The translations under genes were made by a program, and so were the position numbers. From the NCBI GenBank assembly GCA_964402415.1, contig CAYOCI010000005.1, forward strand, positions 15,267 through 79,266: 64,000 bases of DNA. The letters run 5' to 3'. This stretch comes from an uncultured Clostridia bacterium (GTDB lineage: Bacteria > Bacillota > JAAYKD01 > CAYOCI01). The notes beneath the pieces were generated by a model. It searched no databases, was not told the origin of the DNA, and was given only the letters and a program-made list of their open reading frames with translations. Position 1 is the first letter of the stretch, and each line of letters opens with the position of its first letter. Shown here piece after piece: positions 38,660 to 47,151 of the stretch.

Positions 38660-39157
38660 CTAGACGGCTGCTAGATAATCCAGCACCGCCCTCCTGCTCG
38701 GTCCGATCCCGCGAGCCTTCTCTACGATCTCCGCGATCGGTATCGACTTACGCCCGCCATGGGCGCCTCTCCACGCTTCATCCAGTAGCTCGAACGGTAG
38801 TATGTAGTGTGCGTCTATTGCTGTGAAATGGACCAGGATGAACGCGGTCCCGCCGATCTCCTGCCATCGCTTCAGGAACTCATACTGATGGTCACTGACC
38901 AGTGCCAGATCGAACCGTGTGCTCACACCGGTCTCCTTCGCGTCGAAAGCAATGGCTTTGCTCTGATAGATCCCGACATAGTCAACTGTGCTCGGCTCAG
39001 AGAAGAAGGCGCTGACTATCTTGGTGCCCTGCCTGACTACCTTCACCGGCGTGGGCACCTTCTGGATCACTGCGATCCGCTTCGCGGCGTACTGTCGGTT
39101 CGACCAGTTGATCAGCTCCTCTAGCCCTTGCCCACGATTGGCGTAGCTACTAGCCAT
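38660..39157 (-). CDS. recU: RecU-like Holliday junction resolvase
   Basis: ..VDYVGIYQSKAIAFDAKETG...HQYEFL...GGTAFILVHF RecU core motifs. RBS GGTGGA. Confidence 0.6.
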   Translation of the reverse strand: MASSYANRGQGLEELINWSNRQYAAKRIAVIQKVPTPVKVVRQGTKIVSAFFSEPSTVDYVGIYQSKAIAFDAKETGVSTRFDLALVSDHQYEFLKRWQEIGGTAFILVHFTAIDAHYILPFELLDEAWRGAHGGRKSIPIAEIVEKARGIGPSRRAVLDYLAAV

Positions 39158-39200
39158 CAGTGTCCACCAATGGCCATGCATAGAGCGTCAGGGATTGATA

Positions 39201-39440
39201 TCACGCATGATCACATCCAGCCATAGCGATGTGGATCCTCCCGAGCGCTACGCGAGATAGGCATGGATCGATGTCAAACCTAAATGGCTTCTGCCCACGT
39301 GACTTCGGATACTGCAGGTGGTACTCGTCCACCGTCATCCCCTGATGCGAGTATCGCAGATGAGTCGGCAGATACTCGCAGAATTGCCCACATATTAGGC
39401 AGATGCCATACGTGATGTTGGCTGCTTTGGTCTTCCTCAT
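39201..39440 (-). CDS. Ros/MucR-like C2H2 zinc-finger protein
   Basis: ICLICGQFCEYLPTHLRYSHQGMTVDEYHLQY fits the CLxCG..HL..H..MT..EY pattern. Confidence 0.4.
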   Translation of the reverse strand: MRKTKAANITYGICLICGQFCEYLPTHLRYSHQGMTVDEYHLQYPKSRGQKPFRFDIDPCLSRVALGRIHIAMAGCDHA

Positions 39441-39699
39441 CGTGCTCCCACCTCCGCGTACATGACCAGTCGCCCTGGTCTGATCGGGTCAAAGCGCTGA
39501 TAGTGCTTAGGCTCCTTGACCACGATTCGGAGCGGCCGCCTGGCAGCTGCACGCTCACGAGCTCTTCTCTGTCGGTCCACTTTGGCCGCACGGCCTGGGC
39601 GCTTGTGTTGGCAAGTCAAATGCCCTCGCCTCGCTTTCACTCATCGATCCCCTCATACCGTCTCATGCGCTCTGCGTCTCGCTGGTCCTTACTAGGCAG

Positions 39700-40647
39700 T
39701 CAAGTCTCGTAGACATCGTCATAGAGCTTGCGCCGATCCTCGATCTGCCTTTGGTGTTGCCCAACGGCCTTGCGCCGACTGTCCATGGGCGTCACCTTCT
39801 CCACTTGGCTCTTTGACCGCTCCTCGCGAACACGTTCAACCACCCAGGTCAAAATGGCCCGGTAGTCTGACGCATAGTGCTTGCCGTGAGCCCCCTTGTA
39901 ATCGTCCAGCACCTCGATCATGCGGAGCGTGTCAGAGATCCCATGCTCAGCGACCAAGCTCTGATACTCGGCTTCGGTCATCTGGACATACTCCGCGTAG
40001 CTAATCTTTGGTGGGCCATCGACCTTCGCTCGGCGTCGCTCCTTCCGGTTTCGTGGTCTCGGTGTTATTGGCGAAGTCGGCAGTCCGGGGCTCTGGCTCC
40101 CCCCTGGCAAGGGGGGATTAGGGGGTACTGACTCTTCGTCTATATCTGACTCTGAATCTCTATCTACATCTGTGGCGTTACTTGGGTGTTTCGCCCGCGT
40201 TTCATCGGCGTTACCATCGTAAGGTGTAACGCCTTCAGGCTCAGTTGCCATCTGCTCCTGGCTAGGCTCCACTTCGGCCGCCTTTCTGGCACGATGCTTC
40301 TGCACACGGCCCTTAATCGCTTCCGGACGGTCTGATGGTTTATCATACTGCCTGTCATCAAAGTGCACGATCGTGATGATCCCGACATCGTCCACATCTA
40401 CCATGCGCAGCGCCTGGAACTGGGCGAGAGCATCCTTCAGCGAGTTGGTATCGACAAACAGCGCCCTGGCCAGAGCATCAGCAGGGTAGGCGATCCCCGG
40501 CGCGATGGAGATGACCCCGCGGTCTTTGGACTCAGCTGCTAGACACAGCATGCTGATCCACACCCTGAACTCGGTGTCGGTCAAGGCTAGCATCTTGGGA
40601 TCCGTCCGGATCTCCGTGTAGAGCTTTAGCCAGGGCATGGTCGCCAT
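39700..40647 (-). CDS. phage replisome organiser / replication initiation protein (DnaD-like N-terminal domain)
   Basis: N-terminal WLKLYTEIRTDPKMLALTDTEFRVWISMLCLAAE. Acidic/basic C-terminal region. Confidence 0.6.
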   Translation of the reverse strand: MATMPWLKLYTEIRTDPKMLALTDTEFRVWISMLCLAAESKDRGVISIAPGIAYPADALARALFVDTNSLKDALAQFQALRMVDVDDVGIITIVHFDDRQYDKPSDRPEAIKGRVQKHRARKAAEVEPSQEQMATEPEGVTPYDGNADETRAKHPSNATDVDRDSESDIDEESVPPNPPLPGGSQSPGLPTSPITPRPRNRKERRRAKVDGPPKISYAEYVQMTEAEYQSLVAEHGISDTLRMIEVLDDYKGAHGKHYASDYRAILTWVVERVREERSKSQVEKVTPMDSRRKAVGQHQRQIEDRRKLYDDVYET

Positions 40648-40780
40648 GTTGTGGCCTCCTTGGATGCATACTGCGTGTCTGCCGATAATAAGCTGATAGT
40701 AGGGTTCTCAGGATTACAGAGGTGGCGTCACGATACGGGGTGGCGCCACCTCTATTTGATTGCCACATCAATGGCCTAGA

Positions 40781-41002
40781 CTAAACTGCCTGAAGACAAT
40801 GCCGACAGACGCGCTTACCGCTCGGATGGCTGCTGACCAGGTCCTGCATGCTCCCGCACAGTGCGCATCCAGGCTGATAGCGGCGCATCATCACTATGTC
40901 ACCTTCCACAAAGATCTCCATGGCTGCGTGGTCACCGAGGCCTAGCGTTCGCCTGAGTTCCATCGGGATGACTACCCGTCCCAGGTCATCTAGCTGCCGC
41001 AC
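40781..41002 (-). CDS. AbrB/MazE/SpoVT-family DNA-binding protein
   Basis: LGRVVIPMELRRTLGL swapped-hairpin motif. Confidence 0.55.
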   Translation of the reverse strand: MRQLDDLGRVVIPMELRRTLGLGDHAAMEIFVEGDIVMMRRYQPGCALCGSMQDLVSSHPSGKRVCRHCLQAV

Positions 41003-41036
41003 GATACCGGTTGATTTCGTCTCTCCTCACCCCTTA

Positions 41037-41441
41037 TCAAAATGGGACATCTCCACTGTGTGGATCTACTTCCTGACCCCAGGTGGTGAACCCGCCGTCC
41101 TGCCCCTGGTCCTTCCCCCTATCCAGGAAGCGAACCGAGTTGCAGACTACCTCGACATATTGCCGCCGTTGGCCGTCCTTCTGTTCGACTTCGTCAATGC
41201 GCAACGAGCCCTCGACAGCGACCAATCGCCCCTTCTGGACATAGCCCGCGACGGACTCCGCCTGCTTTGCCCATGTGCTACAGCGGATGAAGTCGGCCTC
41301 ATTCTCACCCTGCTGGTTCTTCCGTCCCCGATCGACGGCCAGAGTGAAGCGCGTCACGGGGGTTCCACTTGGCGTGTATTTCAGCTCTGAATCCCGCGTC
41401 AGGCGACCAATGAGGATGACACGGTTATACACGGTCGCCAC
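41037..41441 (-). CDS. ssb: single-stranded DNA-binding protein
   Basis: MATVYNRVILIGRLTRDSELKYTPSGTPVTRFTLAV OB-fold start; acidic C-terminal tail ..DVPF. Confidence 0.85.
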   Translation of the reverse strand: MATVYNRVILIGRLTRDSELKYTPSGTPVTRFTLAVDRGRKNQQGENEADFIRCSTWAKQAESVAGYVQKGRLVAVEGSLRIDEVEQKDGQRRQYVEVVCNSVRFLDRGKDQGQDGGFTTWGQEVDPHSGDVPF

Positions 41442-41706
41442 CAGTAGCGACGGGCTTGTCCTGATACCACGGCACGTTATAGACAGGCACCGTCACCACG
41501 TTGATCGCCCGCATCTGTAGGTTTCGCTTCTTGGCCTCACGCTCCAGCTGCACCCGGCCAGACTTACGGTGTTCGTTGACTAGGCAGTACCTGAGCTCGT
41601 CGTCGGTAAGGTCAGGTATGACTGCTTTGTAGTTCACGTCATTAGTGCTGCAGGCTAAAACGCGACTGATATTGCTCATGGGTCCTCTCCCCCTCACTAA
41701 TCTCAT
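41425..41706 (-). CDS. hypothetical phage protein
   Basis: 93 aa, coupled between erf and ssb. Confidence 0.35.
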   Translation of the reverse strand: MRLVRGRGPMSNISRVLACSTNDVNYKAVIPDLTDDELRYCLVNEHRKSGRVQLEREAKKRNLQMRAINVVTVPVYNVPWYQDKPVATGGDRV

Positions 41707-42389
41707 CTACCCCCATCGGACAGTTGACTGAGCTTGGCGATGAGTGCGCTTGCCTGCTGGAAGGTCAGCTCCTCACAGGTAGTGCACCCGTATTCACCGA
41801 GATAGGAGCGGTAATCCACTCCCTTGCGCTGAGCTGCATCCTGTATCGCCTTAAGCTGAGACTCAACGATCCCCTTACGCCCCTTGTTGGCCACCGGCTT
41901 CTGCTCGTTCTTTGGTGCTGTCGGCGATTGCGCTGCTGGCTTCTGCTCTGGTGCCTTACCATCACTACTCTCGTCAGTCGATGGGTCACGCTCCGGATCG
42001 TCACCGGTACTCATGTTCAGAGTGCTCATCCAGGCGTACTTGAGTGCCATGGTTTGGCCTTTGGCGACCGCCTTGTCGCCAGCATCCTGGCCAGTCCCCA
42101 ACGAGCGAGCCGTCACAACCTCGCCACTGTCGGCGTCGATGATGGTCAGATCACACTGCACCGTCACCAGCGACTCCCTGCCACCCCTGGCTGTCTCCTT
42201 CTGTTCAACGCTCAGGATCTCATAGGTCGGCACAGACGCCACTCGATGACTGACGCATGCCTCGTTGACCTTCTCAAGGATGTTGGCTGCGGTAACGTAG
42301 CTGTAGCCGTGAAACTTGTTCACGCCGTCCTTCTGCGCGTAACGACACTCGTCCATGATCATGACGAGCTTGGATGCTATCCCTTTCAT
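41703..42389 (-). CDS. erf: ERF-family single-strand annealing protein
   Basis: ..KFHGYSYVTAANILEKV...LGTGQDAGDKAVAKGQTMALKYAW. RBS AAAGGGGGGAGA before the ATG at 42389. Confidence 0.65.
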   Translation of the reverse strand: MKGIASKLVMIMDECRYAQKDGVNKFHGYSYVTAANILEKVNEACVSHRVASVPTYEILSVEQKETARGGRESLVTVQCDLTIIDADSGEVVTARSLGTGQDAGDKAVAKGQTMALKYAWMSTLNMSTGDDPERDPSTDESSDGKAPEQKPAAQSPTAPKNEQKPVANKGRKGIVESQLKAIQDAAQRKGVDYRSYLGEYGCTTCEELTFQQASALIAKLSQLSDGGR

Positions 42390-42677
42390 GGGTCTCCCCC
42401 CTTTGGCCACCCGGGCTGTTACTGAGACCTTCCGAGCCTAACCTCACCCAGCCACCTGCCGCAGACCACGTGATCGGCGGCCTTGGGCCCAAGCGCATCG
42501 AACTTACATGGTCGTCCGCAGTTCGAGCAACGTGCTCCGTCCGGAATGCATTTTGCTGATTGGATGTAGGTGCAGAAATCGGTTACCAGACCCCTGAATG
42601 GTGCGAGTACGACTGACATAGTCACTCTCTCCTTGTGACCTCACCAACCACGTGGTATGATGAGGGTGATGATAATC

Positions 42678-43232
42678 CTATTTGGCCGCTGCGTATTGTT
42701 GCGCGGCTTTTTCTTTTGCCCTGGCTGCTATGGCTGGGGCATTTTCTTTGCCGTTCACGACTTCCCAGACACCGATCCTGTATCGGTCTTCGATCTCGAT
42801 CAGAAGGTTGAGGTCAGCGGCAACCCGCTCGGCCAGCTCCTTCACTGCCCACTTGAGGAAGATCAGATCGTCACCTTCCAGATCCTCGGGACCGCGCTTG
42901 CCCATGATCCGCTCCGGTATCTCCATCATGGCCCTGTCGGCTTCCCGATCCTCCTTGAGGACCCGGTGCAGAAGCGCCAGTGGATGCCTATCCACATCGT
43001 CATAGCGGAAGCAACTGTAACCGGTGATCTCCTCGGCCAACGCCAAGGCGTTCAGGGGGTGCATCCTCGAGAACCGGCGCGCGATATCTGGGGCGATGTT
43101 CCGCTTGCCAGAGAGGATCTTACTCATGAGTGCCTTTGATATGTTCATCTGTCGCGCGGCCTCGCACTGCTCTCCGACCGAACGCTCGACGCCGATCCTG
43201 AGCAGCAGCCTTGTCTGTGTCAATACCATCAC
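42678..43232 (-). CDS. HTH-domain early protein
   Basis: N-terminal HTH ..QMNISKALMSKILSGKRNIAPDIARRF.. Confidence 0.45.
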   Translation of the reverse strand: MMVLTQTRLLLRIGVERSVGEQCEAARQMNISKALMSKILSGKRNIAPDIARRFSRMHPLNALALAEEITGYSCFRYDDVDRHPLALLHRVLKEDREADRAMMEIPERIMGKRGPEDLEGDDLIFLKWAVKELAERVAADLNLLIEIEDRYRIGVWEVVNGKENAPAIAARAKEKAAQQYAAAK

Positions 43233-43495
43233 ATCCTTTCATCCGATCTGGTCAACTACGTGGTGAACCGATTTCCAGCCCGCGGTGGTAGACTGTGCTT
43301 GGAAGCGCACTCCCTACAGATCTCCAGAGCATCGGGCAGCAGTTCCCGGACGCGCTCGATGGACCCCTTCGGCGCCCAGCCGAGGCGACCACACTCTGGA
43401 CACACCTTCTGGGTGTCCGTGGCCAGTGGTGGCGTCGGGCGATGATCTACCAGCGGCATCGGCATGATGAACCTGCTCATGTCCGATCACGTCCT

Positions 43496-44233
43496 CTATG
43501 CCGACTTGTTCAAGAGCTTGTCCACGACGCGGATCGCGTCCTCGAGCTTACCGGACATGGACAGGTACTGCGGCGTGGTCAGGCTCTTCAGACCGTGCTT
43601 GATCCTGTAGTTCGTCTTCAGGAGCTCGAGATTGGTGCGATAGGCGACGTTGAACGCATCAACGAAGTCGTTCCAGGCTTTCGAGAAAGTTAGGCCGGTC
43701 TGATGGGCGTGCTTACGGACCATGGCGTTCAGCCTCTGCTGGAGATCTCCGATGGTGTCGATGGCGTCCATGTTATCCATCCGGTGCCCGAGCACGACCA
43801 GCTTCTGATTGGCTGCTGCCTGGGCGTCCTGGATCTCGCGGAGCTGCGCTTCCTGCTTCGCCATGATCTGCACCGCCATCAAGAGGGCCTCCGTGGGAGT
43901 GGACGGGGATCCGTAGGAACCAGTCTTGCGAATGCTGGGGATGACCTCATGGGTGATCCACCGACGGAAGTCCTTGGCCTCGGGTTTTCGGCTGGTCATG
44001 ATCAAAGCGTAGAGACCTGGTTCATTGACAACTTGCATCTCCTGTGGGCCACCAAGGGTGTCAACAATGCTTACACCCTTTTCGTCATCGTCCAGACGAT
44101 CCACGGCCATGCGGCTATTGGTGTGTTCGAGGATCTCACACACATCCTTAGCCACCCACCAGGGCTGCCCTTCGATCATGACCGTACGGAGCTGGCTTCC
44201 ACAGTAGACGAACACGCGCTGTAGTGCTGACAT
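43496..44233 (-). CDS. phage antirepressor (Bro-N / KilA-C type)
   Basis: Bro-N-like RVFVYCGSQLRTVMIEGQPWWVAKDVCEILE. RBS GAGGGAGTGA before the ATG at 44233. Confidence 0.65.
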   Translation of the reverse strand: MSALQRVFVYCGSQLRTVMIEGQPWWVAKDVCEILEHTNSRMAVDRLDDDEKGVSIVDTLGGPQEMQVVNEPGLYALIMTSRKPEAKDFRRWITHEVIPSIRKTGSYGSPSTPTEALLMAVQIMAKQEAQLREIQDAQAAANQKLVVLGHRMDNMDAIDTIGDLQQRLNAMVRKHAHQTGLTFSKAWNDFVDAFNVAYRTNLELLKTNYRIKHGLKSLTTPQYLSMSGKLEDAIRVVDKLLNKSA

Positions 44234-44425
44234 GCGATCACTCCCTCGTAGCTGCTCTCTCGGCGAGCTCCAGGGCTCCCAAGATACGCTGCATTTGCTC
44301 AGCTGACATATCAGTTGATCGATCACCATGCTTGACATGGAGCAGTAGTCACCTTACGTCGGAGATGCGTTCGGCAACCAAGCTGCGTGTGATCGGTGGG
44401 TGAAGTCTGTCACCCATCTTCATCC

Positions 44426-44755
44426 TTATCCACCTCCTGTCATGCCTGGCGTCCAGCCAGGCGTGATCACTTCCCAGACGCGATTGGTCTGAGGAGTAGA
44501 CTTTGGCCTGCCACCCTTCCGTGGCCGGGGTGGGGCTGCAGTTACCTGTAGCGCGGCACCGGCACGCTGCGCCTCGATCCATGTGTCCAACTTCACGGCG
44601 TCGACCTTCCACCGGCCGCCGATCAGATACGCGGGGAAAGTCGGGTCGGTGGCGATAATCTGGCGGATCTTCGTGTCGCCGACGCCGATAATCGCCATGG
44701 CTTCCTTCAGTGGGATCATCTTGCGCTGTTGCCCGGACACAATCTCCACCTCCAT
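44426..44755 (-). CDS. xis: excisionase / HTH_17 family DNA-binding protein
   Basis: MIPLKEAMAIIGVGDTKIRQIIAT...GRWKV. RBS GGAGGTG (possible GTG start at 44740). Confidence 0.55.
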   Translation of the reverse strand: MEVEIVSGQQRKMIPLKEAMAIIGVGDTKIRQIIATDPTFPAYLIGGRWKVDAVKLDTWIEAQRAGAALQVTAAPPRPRKGGRPKSTPQTNRVWEVITPGWTPGMTGGG

Positions 44756-44794
44756 TGTTTAACAGGATTCGCCTCCTCGTAGTCGAAATGGTAG

Positions 44795-45451
44795 TTGTCC
44801 AGACCGCCAGACCGACCACGAAGGGATGTGAACTATCTGACTATCCTAGACCTTGTGATCAAGTACGCAGGGATTGTCAGTGTGGCTGCAATACTCGTCA
44901 CTTGGGGCGCAGCCTACTTCAATACGCGTCCTCGCTTGACGCTCAAACTTAGTGAACCCGTGATATGCCAGTATGGCTGCGATTATAGGCAGAACCAGAT
45001 CGGTGATGTAGTACCGTACCCGGTGGCCAACAAAGCTTTCATTGGGCTTCGCTTTTTCATAGCCAATTATGGTAAGCTACCGTGCTCTGTCCTGTCTTGG
45101 AGCCTACACGTAGGTAAGCATCAGATAACCAATTTTGGTCATTACCCCAGGTGGTTCAACGGTGCAGATACCCTCGATGCAGAGCGAGTTGATTGTCACT
45201 TCGCTCGCGAGGCAACCTTCATACCCCTACCTGACGTGGAGCGGTATTTTAACCTGTATCAGACTCGATGTGCGTCAGTAGGCTTCGAAATCCCAGCCGA
45301 ATGGTTGCGGGCAAAACGGGCATCGCTGGTGATAACCTACTCGACCTATAGGCTGTTCAGGAACAGGCCGCACGAGTCGAAGTTACGGTTTTCAATACCC
45401 GAGATAGGCTTGAAGCAGCGTGACAACAAGAGTAATCAGCGAGAATGGTAA
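44795..45451 (+). CDS. hypothetical membrane-anchored protein divergent from the early operon (candidate superinfection-exclusion gene)
   Basis: N-terminal TM ILDLVIKYAGIVSVAAILVTWGAAYF, Cys-rich body. Only plus-strand gene in this block. Confidence 0.4.
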   Translation: MSRPPDRPRRDVNYLTILDLVIKYAGIVSVAAILVTWGAAYFNTRPRLTLKLSEPVICQYGCDYRQNQIGDVVPYPVANKAFIGLRFFIANYGKLPCSVLSWSLHVGKHQITNFGHYPRWFNGADTLDAERVDCHFAREATFIPLPDVERYFNLYQTRCASVGFEIPAEWLRAKRASLVITYSTYRLFRNRPHESKLRFSIPEIGLKQRDNKSNQREW

Positions 45452-45637
45452 TGCCACCACACCGCAGCGCTGCAGGTAATCGTCCCACAGCGGTACGCCA
45501 GACCGCGGATAGTAGATCGCCCAGAGATAGGGCAGGATGAGCATCGCTGCACCACCGACAATAATCGCAACACCTGCGACTAGATCCCAGTCTAGATAGT
45601 CTAGTAAGCGCCGGAATAGACGTCTCAGTCGCCTCAC
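45392..45637 (-). CDS. small 2-TM membrane protein downstream of the cro-like gene
   Basis: LVAGVAIIVGGAAMLILPYLW and ALPFSLITLVVTLL helices. Convergent overlap with the 44795..45451 gene. Confidence 0.35.
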   Translation of the reverse strand: MRRLRRLFRRLLDYLDWDLVAGVAIIVGGAAMLILPYLWAIYYPRSGVPLWDDYLQRCGVVALPFSLITLVVTLLQAYLGY

Positions 45638-45654
45638 CTCCTCTCCCCTCTCCC

Positions 45655-45939
45655 TTACTCATTGCCTGCGCACTGACGCGGGCTTTGTTCTACGAGCGAC
45701 TGACTTTGTTGAATGGGCTCGCTTAGCACTTGCGAATCGTGAACCTCTGCAGCACCAAAAAGCTCGGTGACAGGCTTGCCGAGTATTTGGCCTATACTCA
45801 GAGCCAGCTCCACCGATACGCCCCGTTGACCGCTTTCGATCATGCAGTATTGGCTCTTGGATCTATAGCCGATTAGGTGTGCCAACTGTTCCTGAGTTAG
45901 CCCCTTCTCCTCGCGCGCGGATCGCAGTCTATCACGCAT
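45655..45939 (-). CDS. XRE-family HTH regulator (Cro-like)
   Basis: LTQEQLAHLIGYRSKSQYCMIESGQRGVSVELALSIGQIL. Confidence 0.7.
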   Translation of the reverse strand: MRDRLRSAREEKGLTQEQLAHLIGYRSKSQYCMIESGQRGVSVELALSIGQILGKPVTELFGAAEVHDSQVLSEPIQQSQSLVEQSPRQCAGNE

Positions 45940-45981
45940 TTGTCTGTCACCTCCTGTTCACGTTCCGCTAACACAATTCTA

Positions 45982-46056
45982 GTTCACATATTGCTAACTG
46001 TCAACGCCAATAATAGCATTTTGTGAACTTTCTTGTTGGGTTCACAGATTGTGATA
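45982..46056. promoter_or_regulatory. immunity-region operator/promoter: three GTTCACA half-sites (one inverted) plus an extended -10-like TGTGATAAAAT
   Basis: gttcaca at 45982, tgtgaac at 46023, gttcaca at 46040, lying between divergent HTH genes. Confidence 0.45.
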
Positions 46057-46081
46057 AAATGCAGGTAAGGTGGTGACTGCG

Positions 46082-46525
46082 ATGATCGGTAGTAGACTGA
46101 AGGCATTTCGGACAGAAAGAGACCTCACCCAGGATGAGCTGGGCAAGGTCTTGGGGGTTGGCAAGACAACTATCTCTCAGTATGAGAGCGAAGCACGCAA
46201 ACCAGATTCCGAAATGCTGAACCGCATAGCTGACTACTTCCACACATCAGTCGACTACCTCCTCGGACGAACCGAGGACCCATCCCCCACCCCGGCTACC
46301 GATCCTAAGACTGAGGAAGCGGAGCACCGCATCGACGAGGCCTTAGCCGAAGACGCGGATCCCGACGCTGCCGAGCTAAACGCCTTCTGGCAGGAGATAA
46401 GAAAACGGCCTGACCTGTTCTTGCTGTTCAAGCAGGTCAGACCTATGAGCAATGATAGCATTCGTCGGGCAATCCGAATTATCAAGGCTATAGAGGAAGA
46501 AGAGCAGGACGAGAAGAATCGGTAG
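46082..46525 (+). CDS. XRE-family repressor (ImmR/CI-like)
   Basis: LTQDELGKVLGVGKTTISQYESEARKP HTH. RBS AAGGTGGTGA before the ATG at 46082. Confidence 0.7.
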   Translation: MIGSRLKAFRTERDLTQDELGKVLGVGKTTISQYESEARKPDSEMLNRIADYFHTSVDYLLGRTEDPSPTPATDPKTEEAEHRIDEALAEDADPDAAELNAFWQEIRKRPDLFLLFKQVRPMSNDSIRRAIRIIKAIEEEEQDEKNR

Positions 46526-46644
46526 TGGTAGATCCGCCAATGTGGTACATAGCAACAATATCTGCCTGGTAACCAGCTTGCCAGGCATTTATTTCACCCC
46601 TGCATACGAACAAATGTTTGTATCATGCTATCAGGAGTGATCAA

Positions 46645-47031
46645 ATGCTTCCAGACATCCATAAAGAGCTTCGCGCCCTAACCTGCAGCGAGCTCTATCA
46701 ACGCCTGGTCGATCACCGTGACATGGTCGAGGAGATCCTGCACGCTTTCCAAATCACGACCCGCGTCGGCGCCCTCGGCCTAGACAACGCAGGTATGACC
46801 TATCGCTCCGCAGACGGCAGATATTACATCATTGCCAATCAGATCCTCGAGTTTGAGCAGCAGGAGCTCGTCTTCTTCCACGAGCTTTATCACATCGTAG
46901 TCGAAGCCCCCCAGGCCACGCGTTTCTTACGCATGGACTACACAGAAGAGGAACACGCGGCTGATGCTGTGGCCGAAGTTGCGGCAGGCTGGGAGCAAGC
47001 TAGCAGAGCTGATGAAGAATGGCTAGTATGA
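46645..47031 (+). CDS. ImmA/IrrE-family zinc metallopeptidase (anti-repressor protease)
   Basis: FHELYHIVVE HEXXH motif. RBS AGGAGTGA. Directly downstream of the repressor gene. Confidence 0.65.
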   Translation: MLPDIHKELRALTCSELYQRLVDHRDMVEEILHAFQITTRVGALGLDNAGMTYRSADGRYYIIANQILEFEQQELVFFHELYHIVVEAPQATRFLRMDYTEEEHAADAVAEVAAGWEQASRADEEWLV

Positions 47032-47151
47032 GGTACCAATACTGAACCTAGATGAGTTCGTAATGATCTGAAAAAGTATAACATCGTAACCCTAAGGCAG
47101 TCACCATGTCTATGCACCGAAAGGCGTATGGATGATACTATGGAAATTAGC

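Noticed and set aside
41724-42425. 233-aa + strand ORF
   Set aside because: Antisense to the ERF annealase gene, which has clear family motifs and an RBS.
42657-43139. 160-aa + strand ORF
   Set aside because: The opposite strand encodes an HTH protein in the correct operon orientation; the + ORF has no motif and no RBS.
44349-44819. 156-aa minus-strand ORF overlapping the excisionase gene
   Set aside because: Alternative frame of the same region; the 109-aa frame has the HTH_17 excisionase motif. Only the last 24 codons (strong AGGAGGTGGA RBS before the ATG at 44420) might form a separate micro-ORF; unproven.
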